Assembly (NCBI GenBank): GCA_963662435.1
Contig: OY759598.1
Coordinates: 3,752,507-3,816,506, forward strand
DNA: 64,000 bases
Direction of reading: 5' to 3'
From: Dehalococcoidia bacterium
GTDB taxonomy: Bacteria > Chloroflexota > Dehalococcoidia > Lucifugimonadales > VXLM01
In this document: positions 21,015-29,998 of the stretch, piece by piece
Layout: the number at the start of each line of letters is the position of its first letter
Numbering within the stretch: the first letter of the stretch is position 1
Program-made: the position numbers and the translations under genes
Notes under the pieces: model-generated
What the model was told of the DNA's origin: nothing
What the model saw: only the letters and a program-made list of their open reading frames with translations
The model's database searches: none

Positions 21015-21650
21015 ATGGCCCTACAGGTCTACGACTACCGCACCGACGTGCGGAGCGTTCTCGTAACGCCACAGATTCGCTCACGCTTCATGCGTCTGGA
21101 GGTCGGAGAGGAGGCTGAACCGCACTCCCACGACCTTGGTCATGAGATTTTCCTTGTTTTGGATGGCAGGGCCGAGTTCACGATCGCCGGAGAAACGGGT
21201 GAGGTCGGTCCCGGTCAGATGTGCGTTGCTCTCGTGGACGAGCTTCACTCGCTCCGCGTTCTCGGGGACAAGCCTATGACCATGTATCTTTCGGTCACGC
21301 CGCACATTCAGCCGACGCACACCATGTGGACTCCTGACGGCGAGCGGATGCCGCACAGATTCGCCTCGTCCTCCGGGTACGATGTGGAGACGGACACGAC
21401 GACCCCGTTCGGCGACCTGTTCGACAGGCTGACAGCCGCGACCCTCGCCGTTCGCGACGCTGCAGGCCATGCTGCGGACAAGCAGGCCGACGAAGCGGAG
21501 GCGCTGAAGGCGGCAGTTGCCGACGGAGACCTCGACTCTGCGTCGGCGTCCCGCAGCGACGTTTGGGACGCGCTGTTCGAGGTCTACCGTCGCTCCGCGG
21601 ATCTGGCGGAGTTGTGGAATGACGTTGCTCCACGGGCGGGAAGGACGTGA
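21015..21650 (+). CDS. Cupin-domain protein with helical C-terminal extension
   Basis: PHSHDLGHEIFLVLDG and ELH metal-binding cupin motifs. Confidence 0.8.
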   Translation: MALQVYDYRTDVRSVLVTPQIRSRFMRLEVGEEAEPHSHDLGHEIFLVLDGRAEFTIAGETGEVGPGQMCVALVDELHSLRVLGDKPMTMYLSVTPHIQPTHTMWTPDGERMPHRFASSSGYDVETDTTTPFGDLFDRLTAATLAVRDAAGHAADKQADEAEALKAAVADGDLDSASASRSDVWDALFEVYRRSADLAELWNDVAPRAGRT

Positions 21651-22735
21651 GAGCGATGACTGGTCCCGTTCGCATAGGGGTCGTCGGATGCGGCGCCATC
21701 GCACAGGTACAGCACTTGCCTTTCCTCACGGAGTTGGCCGAGGAGTTCGAGGTCGTCGCCGTCTGCGATGCTTCACCTTCAGCGGTCGAGTACGCCGCGC
21801 GGCTGTACCACGTGCCCAATCGCTACACTGACTACTGCTCGATGCTCGAATCGGACCTGGACGCCGTGCTGATGTGCCACTTTGACCCGAAGACGGAGGT
21901 TGCCGTTGCGGCACTGGAGGCCGGGAAGCACGTCTTCGTCGAAAAGCCAGTCTGCTACTCCAACGAGGAGTTCGGCCGGATTGAAGAAGCCGCCCGGCGT
22001 TCGGGCACGGTAGCGCAGGCGGGGTACATGAAGCTGTACGAACCGGCCTACGAAATGGCAAAGCCGGAGATTGAGGCTATGGACGACATCCGGTTCGTCC
22101 AGATCAACCACCTGCATCCCGACAACGATCTCCATGTTGCCCAGTTCAGGACACGGTCATTCGACGACGTGCCACAAGACGTGATCGAGAAGACGAGTGC
22201 CGCCCTGCATCAGGCATTTCGACAGGCCATTGGGGATGCTCCCCCCGAGGCCGTCCGCGCCTTTGGGACGATTGCCGGAAGCATGATCCACGACCTATAC
22301 GGACTGCGAGACCTGTTCGGTGTGCCGAGCAGGGTGATCGGCACCGAGATCTGGCAGGAAGGCGGCGCGATATCAGCGATACTGGAGTACCCCCAGGGGT
22401 TTCGCTGCGTGGCGTCCTGGATAGACCTTCCCGACCTGTGGGACTTCTACGAGACGCTCGAAGTTTATGGAAGCAGTAAGCGCGTCATCATCTCGTATCC
22501 GACGGGATTCTCACGTGAGATCGCGGACCTGAAGATCCACGAGATCGAAGAGAACGGGACCAGCATCATTAAGGAGCCAACGCTCGACTGGGAGAGTCCG
22601 TTCCGCAGGGAGCTGCGGCACTTCCACGACTGCATCGTCAACGGCACGCCGTCGAGGTCGCCGCTAGTCGACGCGGGCCAGGATGTTGCACTGGTGATCG
22701 ACATCGTGAAGGCGTATCTCGATGGAGGGCGGTAG
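21647..22735 (+). CDS. Gfo/Idh/MocA family oxidoreductase
   Basis: GVVGCGAIA, GKHVFVEKP, IHDL. Confidence 0.9.
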   Translation: MRAMTGPVRIGVVGCGAIAQVQHLPFLTELAEEFEVVAVCDASPSAVEYAARLYHVPNRYTDYCSMLESDLDAVLMCHFDPKTEVAVAALEAGKHVFVEKPVCYSNEEFGRIEEAARRSGTVAQAGYMKLYEPAYEMAKPEIEAMDDIRFVQINHLHPDNDLHVAQFRTRSFDDVPQDVIEKTSAALHQAFRQAIGDAPPEAVRAFGTIAGSMIHDLYGLRDLFGVPSRVIGTEIWQEGGAISAILEYPQGFRCVASWIDLPDLWDFYETLEVYGSSKRVIISYPTGFSREIADLKIHEIEENGTSIIKEPTLDWESPFRRELRHFHDCIVNGTPSRSPLVDAGQDVALVIDIVKAYLDGGR

Positions 22736-22806
22736 ATTGTTGCACGCTGGCACTTCGTTTACTGTCAGGGAGTCAGCAGTCTTTTGGTAGCCTAGGGCCC
22801 TTTCGA

Positions 22807-22867
22807 AGTTCGTTTGGTGAGCCTATCGAACCACGGATCTGGCCTTCGACAAGCTCAGGCCGAACGG
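22807..22867. repeat. Inverted REP-like doublet (TTCGACAAGCTCA...GAACGG family)
   Basis: gttcgtttggtgagcctatcgaacca followed by ccttcgacaagctcaggccgaacgg. Confidence 0.6.
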
Positions 22868-22922
22868 TCTTGTGCGACTCAAGGCCAACATTGGACAGGG
22901 CGTTCTTAGGGCACCGGAAATC

Positions 22923-22952
22923 TTGACACTGTGAAGCGGTGATCCCTACAAT
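22923..22952 (+). promoter_or_regulatory. Promoter of the yceD-rpmF operon, TTGACA-N18-TACAAT
   Basis: Near-consensus hexamers about 50 nt upstream of the ATG at 23004. Confidence 0.65.
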
Positions 22953-23003
22953 ACGGCCTTCGGGCGACGTGGCCTACTCGATTTCGCAAAGGTCGGGGTC
23001 GTT

Positions 23004-23543
23004 ATGCACTTTAACGTTTCGCAGCTTGTTCGTGAGACCGTCGGCTCCACCAGGGAGCATCCGGTCGAAGACCGCATCGTCTTCCGCGACAACCTGATTG
23101 AAGTGGACGGCAGCGTCCGGTTCGTCAGGACGGATAAGGGAGTCTGGGTCACGGCACTCTTGAACACGAAGGTGGAGTCCGAGTGCGGTCGGTGCCTCGA
23201 TCCCTACGTGCAGCCCGTCGAGATCACAATCGACGAGGAGGCGCTTCCCCTGTTGGACCCGATCACGGGCCATCGCACCCAAAGCGAACTGGACCCCGAG
23301 GAAAGCCTGGTCATCGACGAGGACAACATCCTCGACCTGGCCGAGGCCGCCCGGCAGTACATCTCTCTTGGCCTGCCGATGCAGCCTCTCTGCCGCGTGG
23401 ACTGCGCGGGCCTCTGCGCCGCATGCGGGGTCAACCGCAACGACGAGCAATGCGAGTGCGACGGCGTCCGGATCGATAGCCGGTGGGGGCCTTTGCTGGA
23501 CGCATTCCCTTCCGTAGAATCAATGAACCTGAGTAAGAACTAA
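23004..23543 (+). CDS. yceD: DUF177/YceD family protein
   Basis: CGRC, PLCRVDCAGLCAACG and DSRW; lies directly upstream of rpmF. Confidence 0.9.
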   Translation: MHFNVSQLVRETVGSTREHPVEDRIVFRDNLIEVDGSVRFVRTDKGVWVTALLNTKVESECGRCLDPYVQPVEITIDEEALPLLDPITGHRTQSELDPEESLVIDEDNILDLAEAARQYISLGLPMQPLCRVDCAGLCAACGVNRNDEQCECDGVRIDSRWGPLLDAFPSVESMNLSKN

Positions 23544-23625
23544 GAACACCTTGACCTCAAGCCGCTCGACGGGCGAACCTATGCAGGGCACGTCGAGCGA
23601 AAGCGCCGAGAAGGAATGAACAACT

Positions 23626-23826
23626 ATGCCAGGCGGACCAGTACCAAAGAAGAAGCACTCGCGCTCACGTCGCGGAAAGCGGGCAGCGCACCAGTTCCTC
23701 AACGTTCCGACGATCGTCGATTGTCCAGACTGCTCGGGCAAGATGCGACCGCACCATGTATGCCCCTCATGCGGGTTCTACAACGGGCGCGAGATCGTCC
23801 CGAGCGAGGAGCTCGAAGTCGAGTAG
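23626..23826 (+). CDS. rpmF: 50S ribosomal protein L32 (zinc-ribbon form)
   Basis: PVPKKKHSRSRRGKR, CPDC and HHVCPSCGFY. Confidence 0.96.
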   Translation: MPGGPVPKKKHSRSRRGKRAAHQFLNVPTIVDCPDCSGKMRPHHVCPSCGFYNGREIVPSEELEVE

Positions 23827-23836
23827 GAGTCGACGA

Positions 23837-24796
23837 TTGACCTTGCGCTTTTCTCCTCCGCCAAGAGGTACCGATACGGCGTTCCTTTTCCCAGGACAGG
23901 GGACGCAGAGCGTCGGCATGGGTGAGGAGCTCTACAACAATTCCAGCGCGGCGCGGGATGTCTTCCACGAAGTTGACATGGCCCTCGGCCGTCCGCTGAC
24001 GCGCCTCCTCTTCGAGGGGCCCGACGAGACGCTCCGCGAGACGGTTAACGCGCAGCCTGCGATCATGTCCGTCAGCCTTGCGACCATGCGCGCTATGCAG
24101 GACTACCTCGGCGATGACGCGACGCCAAGACCTGCCCTCGTGGCGGGTCACAGCCTCGGTGAATACACCGCCCTCGCAGTGGCGGGAGTGCTGGACATCG
24201 GCGAAACGGCGTGGCTCGTGCAGGAGCGAGGACGTCTCATGCAGGAGGCGTGCGAGAAGCAGTCCGGCAGCATGGCCGCGGTCATGGGACTAGACGCCAT
24301 GGTGCTGGAGCAGATCTGCCGGGAGACCGGCACGGTCATCTCCACCGTCAACACGCCTGACCAGATAGTCATCGCCGGTGAGCGACGCGCACTCGCAAAC
24401 GCGCTCGACCTGGCGAATGCTCGCGGCGCGAAGAAGGCAGTGCCACTTCGAGTCGCGGGAGCCTTCCACTCACCGCTCATGGAGCCGGCGCAGGCCGGAC
24501 TCATCGACGCGGTCGAGAGCCTGAAGTTCAAGGACCCGTCCATCCCCATCGTCGCCAACTGCACGGCCAAGCCTGTGACCAAGGGGGAGGACGTGAAGCG
24601 AGAGCTCATCGCGGGAATCTGCAACTGCGTTCACTGGAGCCGCTCCGTGGACTACATGATGGGCAACGGCGTCAATCGTTTCATTGAGGTGGGACCCGGT
24701 CGCGTGCTCAGCGGAATGGTCAAGCGGATCAACCGGCGCGCCGACGTGCAGGCCGTCAGCGACTGGGACTCCATCATCCGGCTTCGCCGCAACTAG
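23837..24796 (+). CDS. fabD: Malonyl-CoA:ACP transacylase
   Basis: FPGQGTQ, AQPAI, GHSLGE, GAFHS, EVGPG; TTG start after AGGAG. Confidence 0.95.
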   Translation: MTLRFSPPPRGTDTAFLFPGQGTQSVGMGEELYNNSSAARDVFHEVDMALGRPLTRLLFEGPDETLRETVNAQPAIMSVSLATMRAMQDYLGDDATPRPALVAGHSLGEYTALAVAGVLDIGETAWLVQERGRLMQEACEKQSGSMAAVMGLDAMVLEQICRETGTVISTVNTPDQIVIAGERRALANALDLANARGAKKAVPLRVAGAFHSPLMEPAQAGLIDAVESLKFKDPSIPIVANCTAKPVTKGEDVKRELIAGICNCVHWSRSVDYMMGNGVNRFIEVGPGRVLSGMVKRINRRADVQAVSDWDSIIRLRRN

Positions 24797-24815
24797 CCCC
24801 TTCCCCCCTTCCGCA

Positions 24816-25289
24816 TTGACCACCAACACCACCCTGAAGCAACCAACCAAGGCCGTCACGCGGCGAAAGGCCCGCGTCATCGCGGTCCAGGTGCTCTACG
24901 AGGTGGACGGCTCAGACCACGAGGTGGCATCCGCCCTGGCAACCCGTCTCGACGATTCTGCCGTTACGCCCGACTCGGATGCGTTTACGCGGAAACTCGT
25001 GCACGGGGTACTTGCCAACAGGCCGAAAATCGATAAGATAATAGCGACGCACGCGCCCAACTGGCCAATCGAGCAGATGGCGATGGTCGACCGCAACATT
25101 CTTCGCGTCGCCATCTACGAAATCCTGATGGCCGGAGAGACCCCGCCGAAGGTCGCTATCAACGAGGCCGTGGAACTTGGTAAGATATACGGGGCCGACA
25201 GATCGCCGATGTTCGTCAACGGCGTGCTCGGGGCCCTGATGCACAATAGAGAACAGTACGAAACGTCGAACACCGCTTCGGACGAATAG
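24816..25289 (+). CDS. nusB: Transcription antitermination factor NusB
   Basis: [36 protein letters not shown]; start codon uncertain. Confidence 0.93.
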   Translation: MTTNTTLKQPTKAVTRRKARVIAVQVLYEVDGSDHEVASALATRLDDSAVTPDSDAFTRKLVHGVLANRPKIDKIIATHAPNWPIEQMAMVDRNILRVAIYEILMAGETPPKVAINEAVELGKIYGADRSPMFVNGVLGALMHNREQYETSNTASDE

Positions 25290-25303
25290 GGAGGACAACA
25301 ACT

Positions 25304-25561
25304 ATGGCAAGTCTCTTGGAACGAGTTCAGGAAGTCGTCGCCGACAAGCTGAGCGTTGACACCGAGGAGGTCACTCCCGACGCGTCATTCACCGAGGACC
25401 TGAACGCCGACTCGCTGGACCTGGTCGAGCTCATCATGGCCTTCGAGGAGGAGTTCGGCGACGACGACAATCCCCTCGAGATTTCCGACGAGGACGCCGA
25501 GTCCATCACCACCGTCCAAGCCGCCATCGACTACCTCTCAGAGCACGGCGCCGGCGAGTAG
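25304..25561 (+). CDS. acpP: Acyl carrier protein
   Basis: [20 protein letters not shown]. Confidence 0.96.
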   Translation: MASLLERVQEVVADKLSVDTEEVTPDASFTEDLNADSLDLVELIMAFEEEFGDDDNPLEISDEDAESITTVQAAIDYLSEHGAGE

Positions 25562-25599
25562 GGCTGCTACTCTAGAACTCAACACTCGACTTCATTTAC

Positions 25600-25627
25600 G
25601 CGGGCAGGCCGGGTACGGTCTGTCCGC
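25600..25627. terminator. Hairpin between convergent acpP and doc-like gene
   Basis: GCGGGCAGGCCG-ggta-CGGTCTGTCCGC, 12-bp stem. Confidence 0.45.
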
Positions 25628-25673
25628 TATTGTGTCTGCAGTGCGGCTCGCCCGGCCATCTTCAGCAAGGCAG

Positions 25674-26060
25674 TCAGAGCCCCGGCAGCGGCTTGACGTG
25701 TTTCTCCAACCACTCGCGTAGCTCAGCAAACCGGAATGAGTTGTGCTCGAAAAGCCGCATGAAGAATCGGTATGTCTCTTCACCATCACAGTCGATGAAG
25801 CTGCCGTTCATGCGGAGGAAGGCGTCGGTGGCCGCGAAGGCGGTACGCTTGTTGCCGTCAACGAAGGGATGATTCACAGCGAGGCTCTCCAAAAGAGCGG
25901 CAGCCTCCTCGGTGATGCCGTCATAGTAGCCAATCTGGGGACGCATGACGGCGGAGGCCAGCGCGCCCACTTCACGCAGTCCCATCGAGCCGCCGGTCTC
26001 ATGGATCAGGGTGTCATGAATGGCGACGACCTCTTCGATTGAGGGAAAGTCGCGGCTCAC
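25674..26060 (-). CDS. Doc-type (Fic fold) toxin
   Basis: HPFVDGNKRTA motif, 128 aa. Confidence 0.9.
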   Translation of the reverse strand: MSRDFPSIEEVVAIHDTLIHETGGSMGLREVGALASAVMRPQIGYYDGITEEAAALLESLAVNHPFVDGNKRTAFAATDAFLRMNGSFIDCDGEETYRFFMRLFEHNSFRFAELREWLEKHVKPLPGL

Positions 26061-26284
26061 TGCCCGAGCAACTCATAGAGACGCCGGTTTCTCTCGAGGC
26101 TGGCATGGAAATGGGCCATCACCTCCGGACGGACTTTCTGGCGGGCCTTGTTGTCAAGGTACTCCCGCATGGCGTCTTCCAGCACTGCTTGGAAGTGGCG
26201 CCCCTCATTCCGGGCAACCTCTCGCATCGCGGCTAACAGGTCCGTTGAAGCTTGGCTGGAAAACTTCTTCCTTGACACAACCAT
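26057..26284 (-). CDS. Putative cognate antitoxin (RHH-like)
   Basis: 75 aa, KFSSQ strand followed by helices; 4-nt overlap with the toxin start. Confidence 0.75.
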   Translation of the reverse strand: MVVSRKKFSSQASTDLLAAMREVARNEGRHFQAVLEDAMREYLDNKARQKVRPEVMAHFHASLERNRRLYELLGQ

Positions 26285-26426
26285 CAGATGTGCCCCCTCT
26301 CCAGTTGCGCTCCATTATCGAGCCAACGTAGCCGCCTAGTCAAGAAACGTCTTGATGACAATGGGCGTGCCCGCGCTCGCGCCGCCGGATCCGTGCTGAC
26401 GCTTTGAGCCCTGATGACGTGTCGAC

Positions 26427-26888
26427 CTACGCGGGACTCTCGGTCCTGTTCCTTCGCCGGAGCACGATGTAGGTGACGACAGTCGAGGTTATCAGGCTCA
26501 GGAGGCCGCCGATGAGGATGTCGATGGGGACGAGGATGGTGGGCCAGGTCTTGAGCATCAGGAAGATCGGCACGATGTAGGTGGCGTAGGCCGCGCAGCC
26601 GAGGACGAAGCTGTTCTTCATGGCCCTGATGAGGCTGTTCTCCTTCAGGGCAGGCTCGATGGCAAGGTAGCTGTTGCCGAGCGCGATGAGCCCCAGGAAC
26701 ACGAGGAGGGCGAGTCCCTGCTCGATTCCCCAGGAGTCCATCTTCCTGCCGAACTGGTCGAGGAGCGCGTCGTTGCCGCTGGCCTCATACAGGCTCTCAT
26801 ACATGCCCATGGCGATGGGCGAGACGTTCCACCCCACGTCGATGACCGTGTACACAACGAATGCCGCCAGGAATCTGATGTAGAGCAT
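26427..26888 (-). CDS. Membrane protein, DUF2177-like
   Basis: Four TM segments; IDVGW, AAYATY and DILIG. Confidence 0.55.
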   Translation of the reverse strand: MLYIRFLAAFVVYTVIDVGWNVSPIAMGMYESLYEASGNDALLDQFGRKMDSWGIEQGLALLVFLGLIALGNSYLAIEPALKENSLIRAMKNSFVLGCAAYATYIVPIFLMLKTWPTILVPIDILIGGLLSLITSTVVTYIVLRRRNRTESPA

Positions 26889-27088
26889 GGTTACCTCGTG
26901 GTGTGGGTTGGGGTGTTGGGGGGAGTTGTATCATCGGGCGGGGGTGGGTGGCAAGCGGGGGGGTGAAGAGCCCGGGCGACGCGTCCGGGGTCTTTTCTGT
27001 CCACTAGGTTCGTTCCTATACTTGTCGACCCGCCACTGTAGGTGGTAAAAGTGAAGTAGACAAATATCGTTCCCGGTTAAGGACTAAC

Positions 27089-28612
27089 ATGGGTCTTCCA
27101 AGTAACAAGAAGCGCATTCTCCATCTTGTGCCGGATACAAATCTATTCATTCAATGTCTCCCTCTGGGAGAACTCCCTTGGTCAGCTTTGGGAGACTTCG
27201 AGGAGATTCGCCTTATTGTTTGTCGTCCCGTTCAGAGGGAAATCGACAATCAGAAGAATCGTGGAAACGATCGAGTCGGGAAAAGGGCTCGCACTGCCTA
27301 TAAGCTCTTTAGGAACATTATTATGGGCGACTCAGATCACATAGTTGTCAGAGAAGATAAACCGATCGTGAAGGTGTATCTTGATGTCCGGCTTCTGCCG
27401 AATCAAGAACTCACAGACACTCTCGACTACAGTAAGCCAGACGACGAAATAGTTGGATGTTTACACAAGTTTAAGCAAGACTGTCAAAGTAAGGACATTC
27501 GATTGCTTACTCACGATAGCGGACCTATGGCAACAGCAGATTCCCTGAGCCTCGATTTCATTGCCATCAGCGATAACTGGCTCCTACAGCCAGAACATAA
27601 CGAGACGGAGAAGGAACTTGTACGTTTACGCAATCGCGTAAGCCAACTACAGAATGCAGAACCTCAGTTTCAGTTGGTATGTGTTGACAGACAAGGCGAA
27701 GAAATCGAGCAACTGGAGATAGAATACCCCGTATATGATCCAATGACCGAAAGTGATATTTCGACATTTGTACAGTTGCTTAGGGATCGCTTCCCTCAAG
27801 AATCAGATTTTGGTCCCCGTGAACAGATGGAAAAGCCAGCATTGGGTGCGGTTGCTGGTGTTCTAGGATCACGTATGGTCTATTCACCTGCTTCGGATGA
27901 GGCGATCGCGAAATATATGCAACAGGATTATCCGAATTGGATTAGAGAATGTGAGAATGCGTTTTCAAGTCTACATGAGAGGCTACAAGAGAAGGAACGG
28001 CAGTTACGTCTTACATTTGTGGCAAACAATCTAGGAACGCGTCCAGCCAAAGATGTACTTTTCCAGATCGACGCTAAGGGGCAACTGAAAGTCTACGTAC
28101 CATCAACCGATGAAGAAGAATCTAACGGTCAGGATGCAGTTGATTCCCTACCCTTGCCGTACCCACCACGTGTACCTCGTGGCCGATGGAAGCTGAATTC
28201 GCAATTCCCGAACCTCAGCGGAGAAAACAGTCCATTTGCAATGAATATTTTATCAAAAGACTCAACACATTGGCCGTCTTTTGAAATGCCCGTTGTTCCC
28301 CCATTGCTTAACCTAGAAGATCGTCGACGGGACCCAAACACGTTCTATTATAGACTTGGACGTCCTGTCGTTCCGGTGACCTCTTTCGGCCTAGAATGTG
28401 AACAGTGGCGTCATGGGATTGATAACGAGTACTTTGATGTTTACTTGTCCGTGGATGACGGACAGGAGAATATTCGAGGTGCTATCGAGTGTAGCATTCA
28501 TGCGGACAATCTATCCTCACCTAAGCGCATTGTTATCCCCGTCAGAGTCTCTATGAGGAAAGTTAACTCATTGGCTTTTGCCGAACAATTCATTGGAGAC
28601 ATCAAGAATTGA
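27089..28612 (+). CDS. PIN-domain protein with long uncharacterised C-terminal region (low GC)
   Basis: VPDTNLF, VQREID, PDDEIV and LLTHD acidic PIN tetrad; coiled coil; AT-rich codon usage. Confidence 0.8.
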   Translation: MGLPSNKKRILHLVPDTNLFIQCLPLGELPWSALGDFEEIRLIVCRPVQREIDNQKNRGNDRVGKRARTAYKLFRNIIMGDSDHIVVREDKPIVKVYLDVRLLPNQELTDTLDYSKPDDEIVGCLHKFKQDCQSKDIRLLTHDSGPMATADSLSLDFIAISDNWLLQPEHNETEKELVRLRNRVSQLQNAEPQFQLVCVDRQGEEIEQLEIEYPVYDPMTESDISTFVQLLRDRFPQESDFGPREQMEKPALGAVAGVLGSRMVYSPASDEAIAKYMQQDYPNWIRECENAFSSLHERLQEKERQLRLTFVANNLGTRPAKDVLFQIDAKGQLKVYVPSTDEEESNGQDAVDSLPLPYPPRVPRGRWKLNSQFPNLSGENSPFAMNILSKDSTHWPSFEMPVVPPLLNLEDRRRDPNTFYYRLGRPVVPVTSFGLECEQWRHGIDNEYFDVYLSVDDGQENIRGAIECSIHADNLSSPKRIVIPVRVSMRKVNSLAFAEQFIGDIKN

Positions 28613-28738
28613 AGTAACGCGAAATAGGCAGAGTCGATTGTTTCTTTCGACTTTGAAAATCAAAGTACTCGCTGTTGGACTTAAGTCGGCCTCCAAGTAG
28701 TAAGGCTCAACGCCTTAGTATTGCCCACCCTATCCCCC

Positions 28739-29638
28739 TCACCCCACTACCCTTACTCCCCCGGCCGTTGGCTTGGTGACGATCACGTCCCCCTCCACCC
28801 CTGCCTTGGAGGCGGCTTCGGCCATTTCGTAGCCGATGGTCATTTCGCGGGAGGATGAGAGGGCGAGGATGGTGGAGCCGGCGCCTGAGAGGAACGCGCC
28901 GTGGGCTCCGGCGTCGAGGGCGGCGCGCATGATGACTTTCATGGGGTGAAAGATCGCCTGTCGGGGCGGCTGGTGGAGGCGGTCCTGCGTGGCTGTGGCG
29001 AGGAGGTCGAGGTCGCCGGTGGCGAGGGCGTTGACGAGGAGTCCGACGCGGCCCATGTTGAATACGGCGTCCTGCACGGATATCTGGGTGGGAAGCACGG
29101 AGCGGGCCTCGGCCGTGGGCATGGGCATCTCGGGCACGAAGAGGACGGCGCTGAGCCGCTCGGGTATGGAGACGGTCGAGGTGATGAGGCGGTCGCCGTC
29201 GTGTACTACTACCTGGCATCCCCCGTAGAGCGCGGCGGCGGAGTTGTCGGGGTGTCCTTCGATCCTCGCAGCCAAGGTGAGCATTTGGGCGTCATCTAGA
29301 GGGCGACCGAGCAGCTCGTTGGCGGCGACTATACCCGCGACTGCGGCGGCGGAGCTGCTGCCAAGTCCGCGTCCGAGGGGTATCTCGTTGGTGCAGGTGA
29401 AGCGGACGGTCGGGACGGCTTCGCCGACCTCTTGGCAGGCAAGTTGGAAGGCCCGCGCAACGAGGTTGTCCGGCCCGGTTGGGAGCTCGTCGCGTCCGAG
29501 GCCGTGTATCTCGAATCCGGTCGCACAGGTGTCGACGTGAACGGTGTTCCAGATATCGAGGGCGATGCCGAGGCAGTCGAAGCCCGGGCCCATGTTGGCG
29601 CTCGTCGCGGGCGCTTGCACCGTGACGCTGCGTGTCAT
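28739..29638 (-). CDS. thrB: Homoserine kinase
   Basis: PATSANMGPGFD, PLGRGLGSS, EGHPDN, SGAGST. Confidence 0.96.
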   Translation of the reverse strand: MTRSVTVQAPATSANMGPGFDCLGIALDIWNTVHVDTCATGFEIHGLGRDELPTGPDNLVARAFQLACQEVGEAVPTVRFTCTNEIPLGRGLGSSSAAAVAGIVAANELLGRPLDDAQMLTLAARIEGHPDNSAAALYGGCQVVVHDGDRLITSTVSIPERLSAVLFVPEMPMPTAEARSVLPTQISVQDAVFNMGRVGLLVNALATGDLDLLATATQDRLHQPPRQAIFHPMKVIMRAALDAGAHGAFLSGAGSTILALSSSREMTIGYEMAEAASKAGVEGDVIVTKPTAGGVRVVG

Positions 29639-29682
29639 GCGGTACCTCCCTGTCGTAATGGTGTGGCGGGGGTGAACATTCA

Positions 29683-29720
29683 CCCTCACCCCAACCCTCT
29701 CCCACGACGGGAGAAGGGGC
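29683..29720 (+). repeat. REP-like hairpin
   Basis: ccctcaccccaaccctctcccacgacgggagaagggg. Confidence 0.55.
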
Positions 29721-29868
29721 GGATTCAAGTGCGGAGACGATGGCAATTATACACGCCGCCATGCCTTGAATCGTCTATAATGGGAAGCCCGAACACTTGA
29801 AATGGATTTGCTATAGGGGCTAATGCCGATTTCTCTTGATGTGGCCAGTTTCTCCCTGATCGGACTCT

Positions 29869-29897
29869 CTGGATTCCGGCCTTCGCCGGAATGACGG
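29869..29897 (+). repeat. REP-like palindrome
   Basis: CTGGATTCCGGCCTTCGCCGGAATGACGG; same family as 12815 and 52189. Confidence 0.65.
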
Positions 29898-29998
29898 TGG
29901 GTGGTTGTTGCTATGGGCAATGGACTTGTGGGGTTACAGATCAGTCATGACTAATCGGTATCTCCTCGCCTCGTAAAGCAGCCCTCACTTTACCCTTC

